From an uncultured Candidatus Saccharibacteria bacterium (GTDB lineage: Bacteria; Patescibacteriota; Minisyncoccia; CAIUEV01; JAHKAQ01): 53,095 nt of DNA. The stretch is from NCBI GenBank assembly GCA_964618065.1, contig CAZTZK010000024.1, forward strand, positions 1-53,095. The letters are read 5' to 3'. Below the pieces are notes generated by a model. The model made no database searches and had not been told where the DNA came from. It was given only the letters and a program-made list of their open reading frames with translations. Within the stretch, counting starts at the first letter, position 1, and each line of letters opens with the position of its first letter. Of the stretch, positions 34,404 through 43,146 are shown piece after piece. Made by a program: the position numbers and the translations under genes.

Positions 34404-35138
34404 GTGATGTCTTCTTTTATTATAAAAGTTCAAAATCTCTCAAAAATCTATGGGAATGGGGATGTAAAAACCAAAGCGGTACAGGGAGTTTCCTTTAATA
34501 TTGCCGAAGGGGAATTTTTAGCTATTATGGGACCAAGTGGATCAGGCAAATCAACTTTAATGCAAATTTTAGGTTTTTTAGATTATCCCACTGCTGGCGA
34601 GTATATTTTTGAAAATAAAAACGCTAACTCTTTTTCTCCTGATGAATTAGCGGAAATTCGCAATAAAAAAATAGGATTTATCTTCCAAACTTTTAATCTT
34701 CTTCCCCGAGCTACTGTTTTTGAAAATGTAGAACTTCCTCTTTTATATGATAAAGAAAGGTTGAGCAAAGAAAAAAATGGTCAAAAGATAAAAGAGGCCC
34801 TGAAAGCAGTCGGAATGGAATATAGAATAAATCATTTCTCCAATCAACTCTCTGGAGGAGAAAGACAAAGAGTGGCCATTGCTCGAGCTTTAGTAAATAA
34901 TCCTAAGGTAATTTTTGCAGATGAGCCTACGGGTAATCTTGATTCTCAATCGGGTATTCAAGTCATGAAAATTCTTCAAGCCTTGAATGATAAAGGCAAG
35001 ACTATCATTTTAGTCACTCACGAATGGTATACGGCTCAACATGCTAAAAGAATTTTGAAAATGGTTGATGGAAAAGTTATAAGAGATAGTTTAATAGAAA
35101 AAAGAAGAATTGCCGATGGAGAAAGAATTTTAAAATAA
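34404..35138 (+). CDS. ABC transporter ATP-binding protein (MacB/LolD/FtsE type)
   Basis: 244 aa. Walker [10 protein letters not shown], signature [15 protein letters not shown], Walker [20 protein letters not shown] 34391-34396. ATG 34407 is an alternative start. Confidence 0.9.
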   Translation: MMSSFIIKVQNLSKIYGNGDVKTKAVQGVSFNIAEGEFLAIMGPSGSGKSTLMQILGFLDYPTAGEYIFENKNANSFSPDELAEIRNKKIGFIFQTFNLLPRATVFENVELPLLYDKERLSKEKNGQKIKEALKAVGMEYRINHFSNQLSGGERQRVAIARALVNNPKVIFADEPTGNLDSQSGIQVMKILQALNDKGKTIILVTHEWYTAQHAKRILKMVDGKVIRDSLIEKRRIADGERILK

Positions 35139-35141
35139 AAA

Positions 35142-36392
35142 ATGATTCGTTTTTTAGAACCCGCTAAAATTTCCTATCAAAATATTATAGCCTCTAAATT
35201 GCGCTCTTTTTTAACAATCACTGGAATTATTATTGGGGTAGCTGCTGTAATTATTATCTTTGCTGTTGGAGAATCAGCTCAAAAATTAATCATAGATCAA
35301 ATTAAAGGAGTAGGCTCAAATTTGGTAGCAGTTTTGCCGGGAGCTTCTGAGGAAAAAGGACCCCCAGCAGCTTTGATGGGAATTCCAATTACTACTCTCA
35401 CTTATAATGATCTAAAGGCAGTGATGGATTCAAAGGGAATTTCCGGAATTGAGTCGGGAGCAGGCTATGTGAGTGGGACAGTAAATGTTACCCGAGAAGG
35501 AGTTAGCTTAAATGCTTCTGTAACCGGGACAACTGCTAGTTATGTTGATGTTGAGAACGCTGAAGTTATTAAAGGAAGATTTTTTGACTCTAACGAAGAA
35601 AAAAATCTTTCTCGGATTGTTGTTTTGGGCAGTAAAATCTCCCAAGAATTATTTAAAGATGATAATCCGATTAATAAAAAAGTAAAAATTAAAGATCAAA
35701 ATTTTAGTGTAGTAGGAGTTTTAAAAGAAAGAGGTTCTGGAAGTTTTGGAGCATCCAGTCAAGATGATTCAGTCTTTATTCCTTTAAAAACCACTCAAAA
35801 ATTAATTTTAGGTATTAATCATCTAGGTTACGCTCGCTTTAAAGTAAGCAACTCAGAAATGATAAGTTTTGCTAAAGATGAAATTGCCTCAATTTTAAGA
35901 AGAGAACATAATATTGAAGATCCCAAGGATGATGATTTCACTGTTAGGGACCAAGCAGCCATGATTGAAATTTTAGATCAAATTACCGATGTTTTACGCT
36001 ATTTTTTATTGGCGGTAGGTTCCATTTCTTTATTGGTAGGAGGAATAGGTATTATGAATATCATGCTGATTGTAATTAACCAAAGAGTTAGAGAAGTCGG
36101 GTTGAGAAAAGCTGTAGGAGCAAGAGATATTGATATCTTGATCCAATTTTTAATTGAATCAGCTACTATCTCATCTATTGGAGGAGCGCTTGGAATTATC
36201 CTAGGGGTTACTCTCTCTTTTTTAATTTCAGTTATAGTTGGAGCTTTAGGATATGACTGGGATTTTATCGTTTCTCTCTCTTCTTTATTTGTAGCAGCTT
36301 TAGTTTCTATTTCTATTGGAATAATATTTGGAATTTATCCGGCTAAAAAGGCAACTAAAATTTCTCCAATAGAATCTCTTAGATATGAATAA
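35142..36392 (+). CDS. ABC transporter permease, MacB/FtsX type (paralog 1)
   Basis: 416 aa. TM1, large extracytoplasmic domain, then a C-terminal FtsX-like three-helix bundle (...GGIGIMNIMLIVINQRVREVGLRKAVGA...). Confidence 0.85.
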   Translation: MIRFLEPAKISYQNIIASKLRSFLTITGIIIGVAAVIIIFAVGESAQKLIIDQIKGVGSNLVAVLPGASEEKGPPAALMGIPITTLTYNDLKAVMDSKGISGIESGAGYVSGTVNVTREGVSLNASVTGTTASYVDVENAEVIKGRFFDSNEEKNLSRIVVLGSKISQELFKDDNPINKKVKIKDQNFSVVGVLKERGSGSFGASSQDDSVFIPLKTTQKLILGINHLGYARFKVSNSEMISFAKDEIASILRREHNIEDPKDDDFTVRDQAAMIEILDQITDVLRYFLLAVGSISLLVGGIGIMNIMLIVINQRVREVGLRKAVGARDIDILIQFLIESATISSIGGALGIILGVTLSFLISVIVGALGYDWDFIVSLSSLFVAALVSISIGIIFGIYPAKKATKISPIESLRYE

Positions 36393-36400
36393 AGATAAAA

Positions 36401-37675
36401 ATGTTAAATAAATTTTTTATTCACGAATTTTTAGTTCCAATAAAATTAGCTTTTTATAATCTTAAAGTTAATTTAGGTCGTACTATTTTATCTCTTTTAG
36501 GGATTGTAATCGGAGTAACTTCAGTTGTAGTTGTCCTGTCTTTAGGAGCAGGAGTAAAAGCATTTGTTATTGAACAAGTTGAATCCTTTGGTACTAATTT
36601 TGTGGAGATAGAAATAAAAGTGCCTAAAACTGGTAAAACCTCAGCTCAAAATGTTGAAGGGATGGTAGGTGGAACACGAATTACTACTCTAAAACTTGAA
36701 GATGCGGAAGCGGTGAGTAAAATTCTTAATATTAAAGATTGGTATGGGGGTATGATGGGCCAACAAATAGCTTCTTATGGTAATCAAGACAAGCAAGCCC
36801 TTATTATGGGGGTAACGAGTGGAATTGAAACAGTTGATGATCAGTTTATATTGGAGGAAGGAAGAATCTTTTCAGAGGAAGAAAGTACTGATTTAAAACA
36901 GATGGTTGTTTTAGGGAGTGGTTTAAAAGAAAACTTTTTTGGAGAAAAAGAAGCAATTGGAGAAACTATTAAAATAAAAAAACAATCCTTTAAAGTTGTT
37001 GGAGTTTTGGAAGAAAGGGGATCTACTGGCTTTCTTGATTTTGATAATTTATTGTATCTTCCTCTCCAGACATTCCAAAAGAAAATTTTAGGAGTTGACT
37101 ATATTCAATTTGCTCTTTTTAGGTTAGAAGATAAAAATCAAATTGATTTAACTGTTTCAGAAATGAATAGCATTATGAGAGACAGACATGAGATTGAAGA
37201 TCCAGAAAATGATGATTTTGCGGTAACTTCTATTGCTGAAGCTATAGAAATGATAGACCAAGTTTTTTGGATAGTAGATGCTCTCTTGTTAGTTATAGCT
37301 TCTATCTCTCTTATTGTAGGAGGAGTAGGTATTATGAATGTAATGTATGTCTCAGTTGCTGAAAGAACTTTTGAAATAGGTCTTCGTAAATCTTTAGGAG
37401 CTAAAAATTCTGACATTTTAAGACAATTCCTTTTTGAAAGCGTTTTCCTTACATTATTTGGAGGAATTTTAGGAATTTTTTTAGGGTTTTTAGGAGCTAA
37501 GAGTGCCGGTTGGATTATGACTTATTATAACTTTCCCTTAGATTTTCCAATTACTGTCCAAGCAATATTAGTCGGAGTTGGATTTTCTGCTGGGATAGGT
37601 GTTATTTTTGGGTTACGTCCAGCTTATAAGGCTTCCCAGCTTGCTCCAATGGAAGCTTTAAGAACTAACAAGTAG
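36401..37675 (+). CDS. ABC transporter permease, MacB/FtsX type (paralog 2)
   Basis: 424 aa. Same architecture as paralog 1 (...GGVGIMNVMYVSVAERTFEIGLRKSLGA...). Confidence 0.85.
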   Translation: MLNKFFIHEFLVPIKLAFYNLKVNLGRTILSLLGIVIGVTSVVVVLSLGAGVKAFVIEQVESFGTNFVEIEIKVPKTGKTSAQNVEGMVGGTRITTLKLEDAEAVSKILNIKDWYGGMMGQQIASYGNQDKQALIMGVTSGIETVDDQFILEEGRIFSEEESTDLKQMVVLGSGLKENFFGEKEAIGETIKIKKQSFKVVGVLEERGSTGFLDFDNLLYLPLQTFQKKILGVDYIQFALFRLEDKNQIDLTVSEMNSIMRDRHEIEDPENDDFAVTSIAEAIEMIDQVFWIVDALLLVIASISLIVGGVGIMNVMYVSVAERTFEIGLRKSLGAKNSDILRQFLFESVFLTLFGGILGIFLGFLGAKSAGWIMTYYNFPLDFPITVQAILVGVGFSAGIGVIFGLRPAYKASQLAPMEALRTNK

Positions 37676-37857
37676 AAGATTAATAAATCTTAACAATTTA
37701 CTTTAAATAAGCTAATCTGAGAATAGATGTAGCCTATTTTGCTTTTTTCGTTTAAACTTTTTAACAGAGAGACTTATTAATCAGGGGTATTTATTTTTTG
37801 TTTTCTGACAAATAGTAGCATTATATTTTATTTTTAGAATTTAAAATTTCTACTTAA

Positions 37858-40308
37858 ATGTATAACCATAAAAAAATAGAGAGCAAATGGAAGAAGTATT
37901 GGGAAAGGGAAAAAATTTGTTCTCCGGATCTAGATAAAGCTTCTCGTCCTTTTTATAATTTAATGATGTTTCCTTATCCTTCCGCAGAGGGTTTACATAT
38001 GGGGAACATGTATGCTTTTACTCATTCTGATTGTTTCGGAAGATACAAGCGACTAAAAGGTTACACTGTATTTGAGCCTATTGGCTTAGATGGTTTTGGT
38101 ATCCATAGCGAAAATTATGCTTTAAAAATTGGAGAACATATTAAAGATGTCTCTGCAAGAACAGAGAAAAATTTTTACAAGCAACTTAAAATGATTGGCG
38201 GTTGTTTTGATTGGGATAAAACAGTGGAAACCTATAGAAAGGAATATTACTGTTGGACACAGTGGCTTTTTATTCAACTCTATAAAAAGGGATTGGCCTA
38301 CCGAAAAAAATTTCCGGTAAATTGGTGTCCCGGATGCAAAACTGTTCTTTCTGATGAACAAATTATTGCTGGGAGGTGTGAGCGTTGTGATAATAAGGTT
38401 GAAAAAAGAGAAATGGAGCAGTGGTTTTTTAAGATTACTGCTTATGCTGAGAGACTTTTAAAAAATTTAGCTTGGATTGATTGGAGCCCAGAGGTAAAAA
38501 TAGGTCAAAAAAATTGGATAGGTAAAAGTGAAGGTGCTGAAATAAATTTTTGTTTAAAGGACACTGAAAAAAAGTTAACAGTTTTTACTACAAGACCAGA
38601 TACTATTTTCGGGGCTACTTATTTAGTAATTGCTCCAGAGCATAATTTACTACAAAATAAAAAGATTAAGATTAAAAACAGAAAAGAAGTTGAGAAATAT
38701 GTGGAGCAAGCTCTTAGAAAGAATGAGGAGGATAGAATTAAGGGTAACAAGCAAAAGACGGGGGTAGAGATAAAAGGACTAAAAGCAATAAATCCTCTCA
38801 CTAAAAAAAATATTTCTATTTGGGTTGCTGATTATGTTTTAATGGATTATGGCTATGGCGCTATTATGGCTGTACCCGCTCATGATAAAAGGGATTTTGA
38901 ATTTGCCAAAAAATTTAAGCTTCCTATTAAAAAAGTTATTCAACCAATTACTAAAAACAAAAAGAAATTTCCTCAATATGAATGTTTTGAAGGGGAAGGA
39001 ACCAATCTAAATTCTGGTTTTTTAAATGGTTTAAAAACAAAGGCAGCCCAACAAAAAATAATTAAATATTTAGAGCAAGATAAAATTGGCAAAAAACGTA
39101 TTAATTATAAATTGCGTGATTGGTGTATCTCTCGCCAGCGTTATTGGGGACCTCCAATTCCTATGGTTAAATGTAAAAAATGTGGTTGGGTTCCTGTTTC
39201 TGAAAAAGACTTACCGGTAGTATTACCTCCAATGAATGATTTTAAACCAGATGGTTCCGGTAAAGGACCTCTTAATAAACTAAAAAATTTTGTTGAGACG
39301 CGTTGTCCTAAGTGTGGAGGAAAAGCAGAAAGAGAAACAGATGTCTCAGATCCTTTTGTTGATTCTTCTTGGTATTTTTTCCGTTATCTCAATTCTAAAG
39401 ATAACGGAAAAGCTCTAGATAAAAAAAGAATTAAAAAATGGATGCCTATTGATATGTACATTGGAGGGAAAGAACATACTGTCTTACATCTTCTTTATTC
39501 TCGTTTTATAACTATGTTTTTGCATGATTTAGGCTATTGCGACTTTGAAGAACCTTTCCGGCGTTTTTTTGGTCACGGCTTGGTGATAAAAGATGGGGCT
39601 AAAATGAGCAAATCTAAAGGAAATATAGTTAACCCAGATGATTATATAGAACGTTTCGGAGCTGATAGTGTAAGACTTTATCTTATGTTCTTAAGTGATA
39701 TTCGCCAAGGTGGAGAATGGAAAGATGAGGGTATAATTGGTATGTTTCGTTTTGTAAAAAGAATTTGGGCTATCTTTGAAGAATTTGAGGATGCTCTAAA
39801 GAGTAAAGAGAGTTTAATTCAAAAGGGAAAAATAAGCGCAATTCCTAAATTACATAAAACTATTAAAAAGGTTACTGAAGATTTGGAACGATTAAGTTTT
39901 AATACTGCTATTGCTAGCATTATGGAGTTGATTAACTGGTATTATGTTTCTCAGAATAGTTTGAAAAATCAAGAGAAATATTTTTTACTTTCCAATTTAG
40001 CTATTATTATCAGCCCCTTTGCTCCTCATCTGGGAGAAGAATTTTGGTCCATGTTAGGAAATCAAGGATCAATTTTTAAAGAAAAATGGCCAGAATATAA
40101 TAAGGATTTAGTTAAGGATAAAGAAGTGGAAATGGTAATTCAAATAAATGGAAAATTACGTGGCCGAATTAGAGTCCCTGCTAATATTTCTCAAGAGGAG
40201 GCTTTCTCTCTAGCGGTGGGGGATAAAAAAGTAAAGAAGTTTTTAGGTAAAAGCAAGGTTAAGAAGAAAATTTTTATAAAAGGCAAACTAGTCAACTTAG
40301 TTGTCTAA
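37858..40308 (+). CDS. leuS: Leucine--tRNA ligase
   Basis: 816 aa. HIGH-type EGLHMGN, KMSKS, CP1 editing domain, zinc-type CxxC pairs. Confidence 0.97.
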   Translation: MYNHKKIESKWKKYWEREKICSPDLDKASRPFYNLMMFPYPSAEGLHMGNMYAFTHSDCFGRYKRLKGYTVFEPIGLDGFGIHSENYALKIGEHIKDVSARTEKNFYKQLKMIGGCFDWDKTVETYRKEYYCWTQWLFIQLYKKGLAYRKKFPVNWCPGCKTVLSDEQIIAGRCERCDNKVEKREMEQWFFKITAYAERLLKNLAWIDWSPEVKIGQKNWIGKSEGAEINFCLKDTEKKLTVFTTRPDTIFGATYLVIAPEHNLLQNKKIKIKNRKEVEKYVEQALRKNEEDRIKGNKQKTGVEIKGLKAINPLTKKNISIWVADYVLMDYGYGAIMAVPAHDKRDFEFAKKFKLPIKKVIQPITKNKKKFPQYECFEGEGTNLNSGFLNGLKTKAAQQKIIKYLEQDKIGKKRINYKLRDWCISRQRYWGPPIPMVKCKKCGWVPVSEKDLPVVLPPMNDFKPDGSGKGPLNKLKNFVETRCPKCGGKAERETDVSDPFVDSSWYFFRYLNSKDNGKALDKKRIKKWMPIDMYIGGKEHTVLHLLYSRFITMFLHDLGYCDFEEPFRRFFGHGLVIKDGAKMSKSKGNIVNPDDYIERFGADSVRLYLMFLSDIRQGGEWKDEGIIGMFRFVKRIWAIFEEFEDALKSKESLIQKGKISAIPKLHKTIKKVTEDLERLSFNTAIASIMELINWYYVSQNSLKNQEKYFLLSNLAIIISPFAPHLGEEFWSMLGNQGSIFKEKWPEYNKDLVKDKEVEMVIQINGKLRGRIRVPANISQEEAFSLAVGDKKVKKFLGKSKVKKKIFIKGKLVNLVV

Positions 40309-40334
40309 AAGAAGCATATTTTATTTTCAAGCCA

Positions 40335-41531
40335 GTGTTAAAAACTAAACAAGTACTAAAATTCATTTTTTCTCTAATTGGGGTAGTAATATTTTTTTGG
40401 TTTTTTACCAATTCAGAAGATGTTTCTAAAATCAGAGAAATAATTACTAGATATGGTTTAAATGATTCAAAGGAAGAAAATATCCAGGAAGAAACTCGTA
40501 GTGTAATTTCTGAGTTAAGCCAACCTAAAGGAGTAAAATTTTCTTGGGAATATAACAATGTTCTCTATAGCTTCAGTCAAGTGTTTTATAAATCCACCTG
40601 GGATTTTTACCATTCTCAACCAAAAGTTTTTAAAAGTTATGGGGAGGTTCCTAAAAATTGGGAAGAAGATTTTTACGGAATTTTTTTAGAAGAAGCAGAA
40701 GGAGATAACACTATTACTGAAATTGTTGCCCAATTAAAAAATTTAGGGTCTCAAGAAAATCTCAGTGCCGATCAGACTGTTGAGCTTGCAGTAACTTTTG
40801 TTCAATCAATCCCTTATGATTATGAAAAGGCCGAAAGAATTTTAAGAGGAGAAGAGGAATCACCTCGTTATCCTTACGAGGTTTTATATGAAAAAAAAGG
40901 AGTTTGTTCTGGAAAGAGTTTTCTTCTAATATCTCTTCTTCGTGAATTAAATTATGGGTCAGTTCTTTTAGAATACGAAGGGGTTAAACATATGGCAGTT
41001 GGAATAAAATGCCCCCAAGAATATTCTAATTATGACTCTGGATATTGCTATATAGAATCAACTAGTGAAGGCCATAGAATAGGGATGGTTCCTTATTTGG
41101 ATCCAGATAATAATTTCGCTCTAGCTAAACAAGAACTAGAATATTTTGATGAGAATAATAATGCTAATTTGAAAAATATTGGTGAAGTGGCTTTTTATCA
41201 AATAAAAGATGGCCAGACTTACCGGAGTGTTGCAGAAACGATTAAAACTGTTAAAGAAACGGTGGCTTTGGAAGGGGAGATTTTTAAACTGAGAGACAGT
41301 TTGAAAAAAGATAAAGAAAATATAAAAAATTTAGAAGAGGAGCTAGAAAATCTAGGTGCTAAAATGGAAAAATATAAAGAAGAAAAAAATTACGAAAAAT
41401 ATAATTCTTTAGTTCCTGAGTATAATGATTTACTCATTTCGCTCTCTGATGATCTAGAAAAATATAACGAAAAAGTTGAATCTTGTAACCAAAAAATAAA
41501 TAGTTATAACCAGCTTATAAGGGCTTTTTAG
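40335..41531 (+). CDS. Membrane-anchored protein with a transglutaminase-like (Cys-His) core and a C-terminal coiled-coil
   Basis: 398 aa, GTG start. N-terminal TM. KKGVCSGKSFLLISLLRELNYG...VKHMAVGI...CYIEST resembles the transglutaminase-like cysteine-protease core. The last ~90 aa are heptad-rich. Confidence 0.45.
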   Translation: MLKTKQVLKFIFSLIGVVIFFWFFTNSEDVSKIREIITRYGLNDSKEENIQEETRSVISELSQPKGVKFSWEYNNVLYSFSQVFYKSTWDFYHSQPKVFKSYGEVPKNWEEDFYGIFLEEAEGDNTITEIVAQLKNLGSQENLSADQTVELAVTFVQSIPYDYEKAERILRGEEESPRYPYEVLYEKKGVCSGKSFLLISLLRELNYGSVLLEYEGVKHMAVGIKCPQEYSNYDSGYCYIESTSEGHRIGMVPYLDPDNNFALAKQELEYFDENNNANLKNIGEVAFYQIKDGQTYRSVAETIKTVKETVALEGEIFKLRDSLKKDKENIKNLEEELENLGAKMEKYKEEKNYEKYNSLVPEYNDLLISLSDDLEKYNEKVESCNQKINSYNQLIRAF

Positions 41532-41585
41532 AAAATTTTTAGTTGGTTTTTATAAATAAAAAATAAGTAATTTTATTTTGAAGAG

Positions 41586-42581
41586 ATGAAAAAAAACATT
41601 TTGTTAATTTTCATTCTTCTGTTTCTAACTCTTATATTTATTTTTCTTTTTTTCTCACGCAGGCCCCAAAATTTTTCTCAAGATATAGAGTGGGGGATAT
41701 CTTTTTCTAAATACGCTGCTGAATCTGCAGGGTTAGACTGGAGAGAGGTCTATTTAGCTATTTTAAATGATTTAAAGCCTACTTCTTTGCGCTTACCTAT
41801 TTATTGGCAAGATATTGAGAGAGAACCCGGAAAGTATAATTTTGATGATTATGATTGGCTGGTAGCAGAAGCAGAGGAGAGAAACATAAAATTAATTTTA
41901 GCTATTGGCCGAAAAGCCCCTCGATGGCCGAAAGAACAATTGCCGGATTGGGTGACCGATCTTGAAGAACCTATTCAACAGTCTAAAATACTTGATCTAA
42001 ATTCTAGAATTATTAACCGTTATAAAAATTTAGAAAATTTACAAACCTGGCAGATAGAAGATAAGCCTTACTGGAGTGCTAAAGGATTCCCAAAATTAAG
42101 CAATCGCTTTTTAAATAAAGAAATCCAATCAGTGGACTCTTTAGACCCTGAGCATTCTGTATTGGTAACTGATCAGGGGACTTTTGGTCTTTGGCTACCG
42201 GTAGTTGGAAAAGGAGATATTCTAGGAATTACTCTATATCGTAACTTCTGGAATAGTTATTGGGGATATTATAATCTTCCGCTTCCTCATTATATTTTTT
42301 GGGTAAAAGCTAATTTGGTTAATCTTTTTTATCCCCAAAAGCCAATAATTGTTTCAGAATTGGAAGGAGAATATTGGGAACCTTGGAAACCTTATGAAAC
42401 TTCATTGGATTATCAAATGGAATTATTTTCTTTGGAAAAGTTAGAAGAAAATATTAAGCAGGCTAGAAAAATAGGATTTAGAGAAGTTTATTTCAGAGGA
42501 GCTGAATGGTGGTATTGGTTAAAGGTGAAGCGGGGAAATGCAGAATTTTGGGAAACAGGTAAAAAAGTAATTGGGAATTAA
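41586..42581 (+). CDS. Secreted or membrane-anchored TIM-barrel glycoside-hydrolase-like protein
   Basis: 331 aa. N-terminal hydrophobic anchor. ...LRLPIYWQDIEREPGKYNFDDYDWLVAEAEERNIKLILAIG... resembles the N-terminal strands of GH42/GH5-type barrels. Family not resolved. Confidence 0.4.
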   Translation: MKKNILLIFILLFLTLIFIFLFFSRRPQNFSQDIEWGISFSKYAAESAGLDWREVYLAILNDLKPTSLRLPIYWQDIEREPGKYNFDDYDWLVAEAEERNIKLILAIGRKAPRWPKEQLPDWVTDLEEPIQQSKILDLNSRIINRYKNLENLQTWQIEDKPYWSAKGFPKLSNRFLNKEIQSVDSLDPEHSVLVTDQGTFGLWLPVVGKGDILGITLYRNFWNSYWGYYNLPLPHYIFWVKANLVNLFYPQKPIIVSELEGEYWEPWKPYETSLDYQMELFSLEKLEENIKQARKIGFREVYFRGAEWWYWLKVKRGNAEFWETGKKVIGN

Positions 42582-42585
42582 TTTT

Positions 42586-42614
42586 TTGACATTTTTTATT
42601 AAGTATGTTATAAA
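42586..42614 (+). promoter_or_regulatory. Near-consensus extended -10 promoter
   Basis: TTGACA (42586-42591), 17-nt spacer ending in TGT (42606-42608), TATAAA (42609-42614). Confidence 0.6.
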
Positions 42615-42655
42615 AACCAGTTCGAGTACATTTTTAATTTAAAAGGAGGAGAAAA

Positions 42656-42946
42656 ATGATAGAAGAAGATACTAAGAAAGTAGGAAAGATAGAAAAAGGA
42701 GACTTAATAATTGCTCGTTTTTATACTGTAGAAACAAAGAAGATTTTTACTCTATCTTTTATCAAAGTAAAAAAGAGTTTTAACCCCCAACGTTTAATTG
42801 ATAAAGGAGACGATAAGTTCTTTTTTAATGGAGGAGAAGAACTTTTGTTTCAAATAGTACAAATGTTGGAGGGGCTTTTTGAAATGAAACTAGAAAAATT
42901 AGATCAAGCTGACACGTTTATATCTTTTGAATTTGTCAGTAAGTAA
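42656..42946 (+). CDS. Small hypothetical cytoplasmic protein (96 aa)
   Basis: Strong SD AAGGAGGAG (42643-42651), its own promoter and its own terminator. No recognisable domain, no signal peptide. Confidence 0.5.
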   Translation: MIEEDTKKVGKIEKGDLIIARFYTVETKKIFTLSFIKVKKSFNPQRLIDKGDDKFFFNGGEELLFQIVQMLEGLFEMKLEKLDQADTFISFEFVSK

Positions 42947-42953
42947 TTTAGCG

Positions 42954-42982
42954 AGGCGCTATTATCAAAAAGTGCCTTTTTT
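42954..42982 (+). terminator. Rho-independent terminator
   Basis: AGGCGCT (42954-42960) pairs with AGTGCCT (42971-42977, one G-U pair) around a 10-nt loop, then TTTTT. Confidence 0.55.
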
Positions 42983-43029
42983 AAATGGTTTAAAAATTAT
43001 TTTTTATTTTTCGTCAAGTTATAATTTTA

Positions 43030-43059
43030 TTGACAAGTATAGTATTTATGTGTTATTCT
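43030..43059 (+). promoter_or_regulatory. Putative promoter of the sigma-r4/HARE-HTH gene
   Basis: TTGACA (43030-43035), 18-nt spacer ending in TGT, TATTCT (43054-43059). Confidence 0.35.
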
Positions 43060-43146
43060 ATTTTGTATTATTCTTTCATTAAAATCGCTTTTTTATTTTA
43101 ATAGAAGCATAATTCAACAAAAATTTAATATTTTTAATTTAAAACA

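Noticed and set aside
37676-37857. T-box or other riboswitch leaders upstream of the aminoacyl-tRNA synthetase genes (leuS here, also lysS 51483-51709 and argS 18317-18498)
   Set aside because: No T-box core (GGTGG-N-ACCGCG-like) and no specifier-loop/antiterminator arrangement is visible. The leuS and lysS leaders are unstructured A/T-rich DNA apart from a weak CAATTGGA direct repeat at 51509 and 51567.
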